A stretch of DNA of 64,000 bases, from the NCBI GenBank assembly GCA_964577685.1, contig CAZNZT010000003.1, positions 11,083 to 75,082 of the forward strand, in the 5' to 3' direction. A program made the translations under genes and the position numbers. Positions 44,827 through 53,512 of this stretch are shown in pieces; position 1 is the stretch's first letter; every line of letters starts with the position of its first letter. The notes beneath the pieces were generated by a model. The model did no database searches. It was not told where the DNA came from and worked only from the letters and a program-made list of their open reading frames with translations. Source of the stretch: an uncultured Methanosarcinales archaeon (GTDB lineage: Archaea; Nanobdellota; Nanobdellia; Woesearchaeales; JACPBV01).

Positions 44827-44866
44827 AAACAAAAAATTATTTAAATTTTTAAATAATCCCAATTTT

Positions 44867-45676
44867 ATGGAAAAGTTAATCACTTTCAAGATAGAATCAG
44901 ATTTTGCTTTATTTAAAAAACCAGATATTAACGAGGTTTATTTAACTTATAATCTCCCACCAAAACCGCTTCTTTTAGGGATATTTGGAGCAATTTTAGG
45001 ACTAAAAGGACTAAAACATCAATATGAAAAAGGTGAAAAATATCCAGAATACTATGGGAAACTTAAACATTGGAGAACAGGTATTAAACCATTAGGCAAT
45101 TTTCCTTTTAATAAAATAATAAATGAATATAATAGTAAAAATAGTTATTTTGGAAGTGCAAAATATGAAAACATAACTATTCAAGAGCAACTCCTCATAA
45201 GACCAAAATATCAGATTTTTGTTTTATCAGATAATGAAGATTCTCTTTTTAATAAATTCGTCTCTTTATTGAATGGGAATAAGGTTATATTTATGCCTTA
45301 TATGGGCAAAAATGAATTTGTTTTAAAGATTAGTGATTTTGAGAAAATTGGTAACTTTGAGGATATAGAAAATTTTGAAAAAGGAAAAATAGATTCGATA
45401 TTTCTTCATAAACCTATTAATAAAGAAGAGAAGAAAGAATCAAAGGAAGGATTAGATTCCAAAGAATTTTATGTTGAAGGAGAAGGGTTGCTTGACGAAA
45501 AAGAAGGATGGGGATTTGAATTTTATGAGAATTTTCCCATAGGTTTCGACAAAAATATGCAATACAACTTATTCAAAATTAAGTATACCAATAAAGAGGT
45601 AGAAAAGAAAGAATTATTATTTGAAGAATTTTCTAGGATTTTGAAAATAAAAGATAAAATAGTTTATTTTTTTTGA
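44867..45676 (+). CDS. cas5: type I-B Cas5
   Basis: FKIESDFALFKKPDINEVYLTYNLPPKPLLLGIFGAILGLKG is the Cas5 N-terminal RAMP signature. ATG at 44867 preferred over the TTG at 44801; the start is uncertain. Confidence 0.8.
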   Translation: MEKLITFKIESDFALFKKPDINEVYLTYNLPPKPLLLGIFGAILGLKGLKHQYEKGEKYPEYYGKLKHWRTGIKPLGNFPFNKIINEYNSKNSYFGSAKYENITIQEQLLIRPKYQIFVLSDNEDSLFNKFVSLLNGNKVIFMPYMGKNEFVLKISDFEKIGNFEDIENFEKGKIDSIFLHKPINKEEKKESKEGLDSKEFYVEGEGLLDEKEGWGFEFYENFPIGFDKNMQYNLFKIKYTNKEVEKKELLFEEFSRILKIKDKIVYFF

Positions 45677-45686
45677 ACTATCTAAA

Positions 45687-48266
45687 ATGCTGAGATATGA
45701 AAATGTAATAAGAAAAGAATACTCTCAAAAATTTTATGCTCATATAAATGAAAATAATAATTCATATGAAACTTTGGAAGAACATTCTAAAAAAACTCTT
45801 AATTATTTTAATCTGCTTATTGATAAATTAGAATTAAAAAATATAATACTAAGTCTTTTAGGGTGTTTAGTTGGAATAAAAAAAAGAGATAAATTCTATG
45901 AGATTCTCATGGAAATTGTTTATTTTCATGACATTGGTAAATTGAATCCTTCTTTCCAAAAAGAAAAAATGAAAAATCCGATTAAAGATTTAAATATTTC
46001 TTTTCAAGATACCACCCATTCTGAATATGGGAAGTTTATCTTTGATTCAGTGTGTTTGAATTATTTAAATTTAGAAAAGTTTAATGAAAATGACCTTAAA
46101 TTGATTTTTTTGTTAAGTTCTTGTATTGCTCGCCATCACTCTTTCTTAGAAAATATAGATTATTTAATTAAAAAAGAAGAAACTATAAAAAAATATAATG
46201 AATCTAGAAAGTTGTATGTAGCTCTTATTAAAAAAACAAAAAAGGGTTTTAGTAAGGAACATTTAAGATCCCTTTATAAATTCTCAGATTATATAGAAAA
46301 ACTTGATGTAGAACAAAAGGAAGCTCTTTTCTATCTCTATAAATTAATATTCTCTCTCCTTTCTTTATCTGATTATTATGCAACCATGGAATTTGAAACT
46401 GGAATACAAATTGAACCTTATTTTTTAAGTAATAGTCTTAAGAAAAAAATGAATGATGAGTTTTTTAAAAATAGGAATTATAATAGGGAATTATTGGATA
46501 AAGATTATGTAGAAAAATTAAAGCAGAAACCATTAAAAGAAATGACAGATATTAATGATTTACGAACAAGGATTCTTTTAGAATCCGAAGAAAATCTTAA
46601 AAAAATAATAAAAAGAAATCCAAATAGAAAAGTTTTCTACTTAAATGTTCCAACAGGAGGAGGAAAAACAAATATTTCTTTAAAGTTAATCTTAACTTTA
46701 CTCCAATTAAAGAAAGAAATAAAAAGAGTCTTCTACGTATTCCCATATATTAATATAATAGAACAGAATTACGAGGTAATTAAAGAAACCCTTAATATAG
46801 AAAAGGAAATTTCACCAATTTATTCTAGAAAAGCATGGGATATAAAAACAAAAAACGAAGAGGAAGAATATGAATATCTCTTAAATACAAAATTTTTTAA
46901 TTACCCTTTTATTGTTTGTAGCAATGTCTCTTTTTTTAATACCTTTATTAAAAATGGAAAAAAATCAAATATGAGATTAATTAATATAGCCAATTCAGTA
47001 GTAGTAATAGATGAGATTCAAAGTTTAAATGATCATGAATGGACTCTTTTTGCAGATTTTATTAGATTTAGTTCAAAATTTCTTAACTTTCATTATATCA
47101 TAATGAGCGCCACTCTTCCCAGGATAGATAAAATAGCTCTTGGATTAGAAAGAGATGAGAATTTTATAGATTTTTTACTTAAAGAAGATTTTTCCCGCGA
47201 ATTATATGAACATACTCTTTTTAAAAAAAGAGTTAATTTTATCTACAAAGACGATGTTAAAAGTATAGAAGATGTTTTATCTATCATAAAAGAAATCTTG
47301 AAAAAGAGATACAGCAAAATCCTTATTGTTGTTAATACAATAGGGGATTCTTTGGAGTTATATGACCTATGTCACAAGAACAGTTTAATAAAAAAAGAAT
47401 ATAAAATATTTCTATTAAACTCAACAATTTTATCATGGAAAAGAAAAGAAATAATTAAAAAATTTAAAGAAGTTAAAAAATGTATTCTTATCTCAACTCA
47501 AAGTATTGAAGCTGGAGCAGATATAGATGCTGATATTGGAGTTAGAGATTTAGCTATTTTTGATTCAATTGAACAAGTGGCTGGGAGGGTAAATAGAAAT
47601 TCTAAAAAAAAGGAAGCTTATTTGTATGTTATAAACTTAAATAAAGGAAAAAAAATATATAAAAATAGCTATAGATGGAAAATCTTAGAAGAAGAATACC
47701 TCTACAATAATAAAATTAATTCGTTTTTAAAAAATAGAAATTTCTTTTTTGATGAGAACTCTTATTATAATAAAGTTATAGATTATATAAATAAATTAAA
47801 TGAAAAAAGCAAGAATCCTCTTATTAAAGTTTCATTAGAAGATGTTCAAAATTTAAGAAAACTGAATTTCCAAAATCTTAATAAGGTCAATGTGATTGAA
47901 GATAAAAATCAAATATCTATTTTAGTGAATATAGAAATTCCTTTTGAGCTTTTTTCAAAAAAAGAAAAAGAAATACTAGAAAAGCTAAAATTAAAAAAAG
48001 CAAAAATTAAAGGAGAAGAAATTTTGGAGATTTTTGAAGAAATAAAAAAGAATAAATCAATACCATTTTTAAAGAAAAAAGTAGAAATAAGAAAGTTTTT
48101 AAGCATAATAAACTATTTTTTAATTAATATTTCTTATTTTGGAAATAAAGTTTTTATTGAAGAATTATTAGAAATGAATAGAGCTATTCCTTTTTTACCT
48201 AATATTAAAGGAGTATATGATATAAATAGAGGATTCATTAAGGGAGAATTGGAGAATATCATTTAA
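45687..48266 (+). CDS. cas3: Cas3 HD nuclease-helicase fusion
   Basis: HD domain (VYFHDIGKLNPSFQ; ARHHSF). Helicase Walker A NVPTGGGKT and DExx VVIDEIQ. C-terminal helicase motifs (STQSIEAGADID). Confidence 0.9.
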   Translation: MLRYENVIRKEYSQKFYAHINENNNSYETLEEHSKKTLNYFNLLIDKLELKNIILSLLGCLVGIKKRDKFYEILMEIVYFHDIGKLNPSFQKEKMKNPIKDLNISFQDTTHSEYGKFIFDSVCLNYLNLEKFNENDLKLIFLLSSCIARHHSFLENIDYLIKKEETIKKYNESRKLYVALIKKTKKGFSKEHLRSLYKFSDYIEKLDVEQKEALFYLYKLIFSLLSLSDYYATMEFETGIQIEPYFLSNSLKKKMNDEFFKNRNYNRELLDKDYVEKLKQKPLKEMTDINDLRTRILLESEENLKKIIKRNPNRKVFYLNVPTGGGKTNISLKLILTLLQLKKEIKRVFYVFPYINIIEQNYEVIKETLNIEKEISPIYSRKAWDIKTKNEEEEYEYLLNTKFFNYPFIVCSNVSFFNTFIKNGKKSNMRLINIANSVVVIDEIQSLNDHEWTLFADFIRFSSKFLNFHYIIMSATLPRIDKIALGLERDENFIDFLLKEDFSRELYEHTLFKKRVNFIYKDDVKSIEDVLSIIKEILKKRYSKILIVVNTIGDSLELYDLCHKNSLIKKEYKIFLLNSTILSWKRKEIIKKFKEVKKCILISTQSIEAGADIDADIGVRDLAIFDSIEQVAGRVNRNSKKKEAYLYVINLNKGKKIYKNSYRWKILEEEYLYNNKINSFLKNRNFFFDENSYYNKVIDYINKLNEKSKNPLIKVSLEDVQNLRKLNFQNLNKVNVIEDKNQISILVNIEIPFELFSKKEKEILEKLKLKKAKIKGEEILEIFEEIKKNKSIPFLKKKVEIRKFLSIINYFLINISYFGNKVFIEELLEMNRAIPFLPNIKGVYDINRGFIKGELENII

Positions 48267-48267
48267 A

Positions 48268-48756
48268 ATGCGAATAATTCCCACACAAATTAATTATTAT
48301 TTTGTATGTAAAAGGGAGCTGTGGCTTTTTTCTAAAGACCTAAGCATGGAACAAACTTCTGAGTTGGTAGCTTTAGGCCAACTTTTGCATGAATTGAGTT
48401 ATGGTGAAGAAAAGAAGGGTATAGAAATTGGTTCAGCAAAATTTGATTTTATAAGGCGAGGAGATAAAATCATTATTAACGAAGTTAAAAAATCAGATAA
48501 AATTGAGGAAGCACACATCTGGCAACTTTTATATTATCTTTTTATTCTGAAAAAAAGGGGAGTAAAAGCAGAAGGCCTAATAAGATATCCAAAATTAAGA
48601 AAAATTGAAAAAGTTAAGCTGACAGAAGAAAAAGAAGAAAAAATAAAGCAAATCTTAAAAGAAATAAGAAAAATAACAAACTACCCAATCCCTCCCCGCC
48701 CAATCAATAAACCTTACTGCAAGAGTTGTAGCTATTATGAATTGTGCTTTGCATAA
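48268..48756 (+). CDS. cas4: Cas4 (RecB-like nuclease with 4 Cys)
   Basis: N-terminal YYFVCKRELWL Cys. D...E-V-K core (IINEVKKS). C-terminal CKSCSYYELC. Confidence 0.85.
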   Translation: MRIIPTQINYYFVCKRELWLFSKDLSMEQTSELVALGQLLHELSYGEEKKGIEIGSAKFDFIRRGDKIIINEVKKSDKIEEAHIWQLLYYLFILKKRGVKAEGLIRYPKLRKIEKVKLTEEKEEKIKQILKEIRKITNYPIPPRPINKPYCKSCSYYELCFA

Positions 48757-48767
48757 CAAAACATTTA

Positions 48768-48821
48768 TAAACTTAAGTTTACATCTATAAACTAAAATGG
48801 ACAATCATAAACTTAAGTTTA
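48768..48821. promoter_or_regulatory. two copies of the perfect 14-bp palindrome TAAACTTAAGTTTA, 40 bp apart
   Basis: 48768-48781 (upstream of ATG 48797) and 48808-48821 (inside codons 4-9 of the same gene). Flanks are also conserved (ataaacttaagtttaca). Confidence 0.5.
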
Positions 48822-49336
48822 CACTATTGGAGCAAGAAATTTTTTCCTTGCTTTCTCAAAATGCAGGAAAGAAATTTAGCCAGAGGGAAATCGCAAAACT
48901 TTTAGAAGTTTCTCCAACTGCTGTTTCTAAAACTATAAAGAGATTGATAGAGAAAAAACTTATAAAAATTGAAAAAACAAAAAATATAAATTTTGTTTTT
49001 TTTAATAGAGACGAACAAAAAGCAATTGAATTAAAAAGAATTGAGAATTTAAGACAGATATATTTATCAGGACTTTCTGATTTTTTGTTAAATAATCTGC
49101 CAGGAACAACTATTATTTTATTTGGCAGTTATTCAATAGGTGAAGATATTTTTAATTCTGATATTGATATTGCTATTATTGGAAGAAAAGAAAAAATTCT
49201 TCAATTAGATAAATATGAAAGAATACTAAATAGAACTATCCATATTTTGTTTTTTGATTCATGGAAAAAAATAAATAAGCACTTGAAAAATAATATTTTA
49301 AATGGCATAGTTTTACACGGAAATATAGAAATATGA
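48797..49336 (+). CDS. wHTH-fused minimal nucleotidyltransferase (second copy)
   Basis: wHTH (FSQREIAKLLEVSPTAVSKTIKRLIEKKLI). NTase IILFGSYSIGEDIFNSDIDIAIIG. C-terminal NNILNG shared with the 39161 paralog. Confidence 0.8.
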   Translation: MDNHKLKFTLLEQEIFSLLSQNAGKKFSQREIAKLLEVSPTAVSKTIKRLIEKKLIKIEKTKNINFVFFNRDEQKAIELKRIENLRQIYLSGLSDFLLNNLPGTTIILFGSYSIGEDIFNSDIDIAIIGRKEKILQLDKYERILNRTIHILFFDSWKKINKHLKNNILNGIVLHGNIEI

Positions 49337-49369
49337 TAAAAAATTTCTGAATATATTGAAGACGGAACG

Positions 49370-49771
49370 GTGAGGAAGGTTTCGTCAAATCCTGAGAGAG
49401 CTAAAAGTTTGGTAAAAGAAGCAGAGAGAAAACTTAAGGTTATATATAGACAAATTAAAGTGTTAGGCATTGATGACGAGCTTGCTAACGAGTATATACT
49501 TATGTGTTATGATTGTTTGATGTTTTTAGTAAGAGCCAAAATGCTTTTGAGTGGTTATTATGCAATTGGCAATCACGCCCATGAAGCAGAGGTTTCTTAT
49601 TTGAAGATTTTAAATTTTAATAAAGCTTATGTTCAATTTCTGGATAAAATGAGATATTACAGAAATGGAATGCTTTATTATGGGACAAAATTAGATAGGG
49701 AGTATGCAAAGAAGGTTATAAAATTTACAGAAAAGATATATTTTAAACTAAGAAAAATTCTTGGATTATAA
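49370..49771 (+). CDS. HEPN-domain protein (second copy)
   Basis: Helical. Motif MRYYRNGMLYYG parallels LRKIRNAINYYG of the first copy. Only a GTG start (49370) is available in frame after the upstream stop, so the start is uncertain. Confidence 0.6.
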   Translation: MRKVSSNPERAKSLVKEAERKLKVIYRQIKVLGIDDELANEYILMCYDCLMFLVRAKMLLSGYYAIGNHAHEAEVSYLKILNFNKAYVQFLDKMRYYRNGMLYYGTKLDREYAKKVIKFTEKIYFKLRKILGL

Positions 49772-49783
49772 AAATCCGATGAA

Positions 49784-50302
49784 ATGCCAAAAAAATCAAA
49801 AAAATACAAATTGACTAAAAAAGAGTTAGAAACAATCTATCTTGTTTTAAAAGGGATAGAAGAGGGTATTATTGATTATTTGGATAAGGAGTGGGAAGAA
49901 GATTATTATAATGATGATCTTATAGATTTGGAAGAAATCGAGAAGATTTCAAAGAAATTAAAAAAAATTTTGGAAGAAAAGAGTATAGAGAATTTAGAGA
50001 AAAGCGTTCTTCTAAGAAAATTTCATCCATTTAGGAATGACATAGACGAGGCAGTTTTCTCAAAACTTGAAAGAGCATTTGAAAACCTAAAAGAAGTCGA
50101 AGTAAAATATTTTTCATTATCTTCTGGAGATTTCACACAAAGAAAATTAAAAATTTATTATTTAAGCAGAAAGTATATGATAGCTTACTGTTATCTTAGA
50201 AAGGAAATCAGAAAGTTCAGAGTAAGCAGAATTAGGTCTGTTAAAATACTAAAAAAAAGATATACTATTCCAAAAAATTTCAATAAAAATAACTTTTTAT
50301 AA
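49784..50302 (+). CDS. WYL-domain protein without a recognisable HTH
   Basis: C-terminal RKLKIYYLSRKYMIAYCYLRKEIRKFRVSRIRSVKIL fits the WYL domain pattern. Acidic helical N-terminus. The stop lies 1 nt before the cas1 ATG. Confidence 0.6.
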   Translation: MPKKSKKYKLTKKELETIYLVLKGIEEGIIDYLDKEWEEDYYNDDLIDLEEIEKISKKLKKILEEKSIENLEKSVLLRKFHPFRNDIDEAVFSKLERAFENLKEVEVKYFSLSSGDFTQRKLKIYYLSRKYMIAYCYLRKEIRKFRVSRIRSVKILKKRYTIPKNFNKNNFL

Positions 50303-50303
50303 A

Positions 50304-51293
50304 ATGCCACAAAATTATTATATTCTAAAATCAGGAAAATTAAGAAGAAAAGGAAATACTCTTTATTTGAAAACAAATGAAGAAGCAAAGGCAATTCCAA
50401 TTAACAATGTAAACTCTTTATTTTGTTTTGGAGAAGTTGATGTTAACACAAAACTCCTTATATTTTTGTCGCAAAACAAAATACCTGTTCATTTTTTCAA
50501 TTACTATGGCTTTTATGTTGGAAGTTTTTATCCTAGAGAATATCTGAATTCTGGTTTATTGTTGGTCAAACAAGTTGAGCATTATCTTAATAATGAAAAA
50601 AGAAGTTTTATAGCAAGAGAGTTTGTAAGTGCAGCTTTGTTTAATATCCTTAAAAATATAGGGCATTATAAAAAACATGGTAAAGATGTTTCTGAGAACA
50701 TAGAGAAAATTAAAGAAAATCTTAGAAAACTGAAAGAAGTGAAAGAGAGGAGAGAATTGATGGGAATAGAGGGGGATAGCAGGAATATTTATTACCAAAC
50801 TTTTTCTGAAATCTTAAGGGGAGATTTTAACTTTGAAAAGAGAACAAGACAGCCACCAAAAAATATGCTAAATGCAATGATTAGTTTTGGAAACTCCTTG
50901 CTTTATACTGTTTGCCTAACTGAGATTTACCATACTCAGCTTAATCCTACTATTAGTTATTTGCATGAACCTTCAGAGAGGAGGTTTAGTCTCTCTTTGG
51001 ATTTGGCAGAAATTTTCAAACCAGTTATTGTAGATAAGGTTATTTTTAGGCTCATTAATAATCAAATGATAAATAAACAACACTTTGATAGGCAACTTAA
51101 CTTTTGTTATCTTAAAGACAATGGGAAAAGATTATTTTTACAGGAATTTGATTCTAGACTAAAAACAACAATCAAACATAAACATCTAAAGAGAAATGTT
51201 TCATATCAACATTTAATAAGAATTGAATGTTATAAATTAATAAAACACCTATTAGGAGATAAGGAATATAAGGCATTTAGGGTATGGTGGTAA
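50304..51293 (+). CDS. cas1: Cas1 integrase
   Basis: 329 aa. N-terminal YYILKSGKLRRKGNTLYL. C-terminal catalytic region LHEPSERRFSLSLDLAEIFKPVIVD. Confidence 0.9.
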   Translation: MPQNYYILKSGKLRRKGNTLYLKTNEEAKAIPINNVNSLFCFGEVDVNTKLLIFLSQNKIPVHFFNYYGFYVGSFYPREYLNSGLLLVKQVEHYLNNEKRSFIAREFVSAALFNILKNIGHYKKHGKDVSENIEKIKENLRKLKEVKERRELMGIEGDSRNIYYQTFSEILRGDFNFEKRTRQPPKNMLNAMISFGNSLLYTVCLTEIYHTQLNPTISYLHEPSERRFSLSLDLAEIFKPVIVDKVIFRLINNQMINKQHFDRQLNFCYLKDNGKRLFLQEFDSRLKTTIKHKHLKRNVSYQHLIRIECYKLIKHLLGDKEYKAFRVWW

Positions 51294-51294
51294 A

Positions 51295-51552
51295 ATGTAT
51301 ATAATAATTGTTTATGATGTTAATCAGAAAAGAGTTAGTAAATTTTGTAAATTTTTAAGGCAATATCTACATTGGATTCAGAATAGCGTGTTTGAAGGAG
51401 AGGTTTCTGAATCTCAATTTTTCTTTATAAAAGAAAAATTAAAGAAGATGATAAAAGAAGATGATTCAGTAATAATATTTGATATAGGTAAAAAGTGGTT
51501 AAGCAGAGAAATTCTTGGAAAAGAGAAAAATCCTGTTTCATCAATAATCTAA
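51295..51552 (+). CDS. cas2: Cas2
   Basis: 85 aa. MYIIIVYDV...IQNSVFEGEV, typical ferredoxin-fold Cas2. Confidence 0.85.
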   Translation: MYIIIVYDVNQKRVSKFCKFLRQYLHWIQNSVFEGEVSESQFFFIKEKLKKMIKEDDSVIIFDIGKKWLSREILGKEKNPVSSII

Positions 51553-51656
51553 CAAATCAAAGTCAGCCTTTATAAATAAAGTACAAGATTAAAACATGAC
51601 TTCCAAAGGACTTACAGAACCTCAAAATTTATATATTTCAGGACATCTGATATAGT
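51553..51656 (+). promoter_or_regulatory. CRISPR leader
   Basis: 104-bp AT-rich non-coding stretch between cas2 and the first repeat, with TATA-like tttataaata (about 51571) and tttatatattt (about 51628). Confidence 0.5.
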
Positions 51657-53487
51657 ATTCAAATAGAACTATAGTAGGATTGAAATTACGGATACAATGC
51701 CCTTATTGCCTGCAAGGTTACACATATTCAAATAGAACTATAGTAGGATTGAAATACTGTTACCTTTAGGAATATGCTACTTCCATAATTACATTCAAAT
51801 AGAACTATAGTAGGATTGAAATCCTGTTGTAGTTTGGTATCCATTTAGCTCAAGAAGTACATTCAAATAGAACTATAGTAGGATTGAAATAGAGTGAAAG
51901 AATTCCTTAAAGAAGAGCGAACAATTTATTCAAATAGAACTATAGTAGGATTGAAATAAAGACATACAAAACGCAGTAAATAACAGCGGATATTATTCAA
52001 ATAGAACTATAGTAGGATTGAAATTTCGTCTGGAATTGTGTATTTGTGTTCGCAATTAACATTCAAATAGAACTATAGTAGGATTGAAATGGACTAATTA
52101 GTCCTGCTATTGCTCCAGCAATTAGTATTCAAATAGAACTATAGTAGGATTGAAATATAAAATGCTGGTCTATAAGCTTCCTTTTTTCATCAATTCAAAT
52201 AGAACTATAGTAGGATTGAAATGGTAATGCTGATTGGGTGTTGTAATCTGCTACAGTTCATTCAAATAGAACTATAGTAGGATTGAAATGTACAGAGCAA
52301 GAAATGGGAAAGAGCAAACACACAAATTCAAATAGAACTATAGTAGGATTGAAATAGAGGATTTATTATAAAATTTATTATTTTTTTTATGCATTCAAAT
52401 AGAACTATAGTAGGATTGAAATATGGGCAGTTAAGGCTTACTTAGAAGAATTTACAAACATTCAAATAGAACTATAGTAGGATTGAAATCAGCAGAAGCA
52501 GTAAAGATATGTTCAAGTGCTTCGTCATTCAAATAGAACTATAGTAGGATTGAAATTACTAGAACCGTGGCGAGCATTCCGAGATGCAGCACAATTCAAA
52601 TAGAACTATAGTAGGATTGAAATGGTACTACAGCTAGCCAGACAAAAACCTTTTTCGCATTCAAATAGAACTATAGTAGGATTGAAATAAGTATGCGTAT
52701 ATATATTTTACTTCTAACTCCTCTGTATTCAAATAGAACTATAGTAGGATTGAAATAGGGCTACTCCATCGTAACCCTCTTTACTAACTATAAATTCAAA
52801 TAGAACTATAGTAGGATTGAAATGCTCTATTAAAGGGGGGTTTGTGTTCTCCCTGCTGTGATTCAAATAGAACTATAGTAGGATTGAAATATAGTGATGT
52901 CATCAGGAACTTCTGAATCATCATCTGATTCAAATAGAACTATAGTAGGATTGAAATAGAGAAAGAAAGAGAAAAGAAAGAGAAGAAGAAAAATTCAAAT
53001 AGAACTATAGTAGGATTGAAATAAGATTGAAAAGGGGTGATAAAATGTTAGTAATAGATTCAAATAGAACTATAGTAGGATTGAAATAAAACTATAAAAA
53101 TGTTTAGTTCAATTCAAAACCAAATTCAAATAGAACTATAGTAGGATTGAAATGAAGTCAAATCAATTTTTGCGAACTTAACATTGTAAATTCAAATAGA
53201 ACTATAGTAGGATTGAAATTGGGTCTCCTGTGAATGTTCCCAAAAACATATAATCAGATTCAAATAGAACTATAGTAGGATTGAAATCTATATCTCTCTG
53301 CCCACCATGTTTTTAATCTTATTATATTCAAATAGAACTATAGTAGGATTGAAATTGAAAAAGAAACAGAAGGATGGAAGATAATAAAGAACATTCAAAT
53401 AGAACTATAGTAGGATTGAAATGCAGAAGGCAGGATTTAACGAACGGGGATTTTTTAATTCAAATAGAACTATAGTAGGATTGAAAT
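51657..53487 (+). CRISPR. CRISPR array: 28 identical 30-nt repeats (attcaaatagaactatagtaggattgaaat), 27 spacers of 35-39 nt
   Basis: Counted by hand. Repeat starts: 51657, 51726, 51793, 51861, 51928, 51995, 52061, 52127, 52193, 52260, 52326, 52393, 52460, 52527, 52594, 52659, 52727, 52794, 52861, 52928, 52993, 53058, 53124, 53190, 53258, 53326, 53393, 53458. The repeat ends in ATTGAAAT (I-B-like 8-nt handle) and the leader is on the cas2 side, so I assign the plus orientation. Confidence 0.97.
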
Positions 53488-53512
53488 ATCTAATACTCTT
53501 AAACTCTTATCT

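Noticed and set aside
52958-52992. All-purine spacer 20 as a self-targeting spacer. Its last 15 nt (aagagaagaagaaaa) are identical to ftsY 28293-28307.
   Set aside because: The match is only 15 nt in extremely low-complexity sequence and breaks immediately upstream. It is not evidence of self-targeting.
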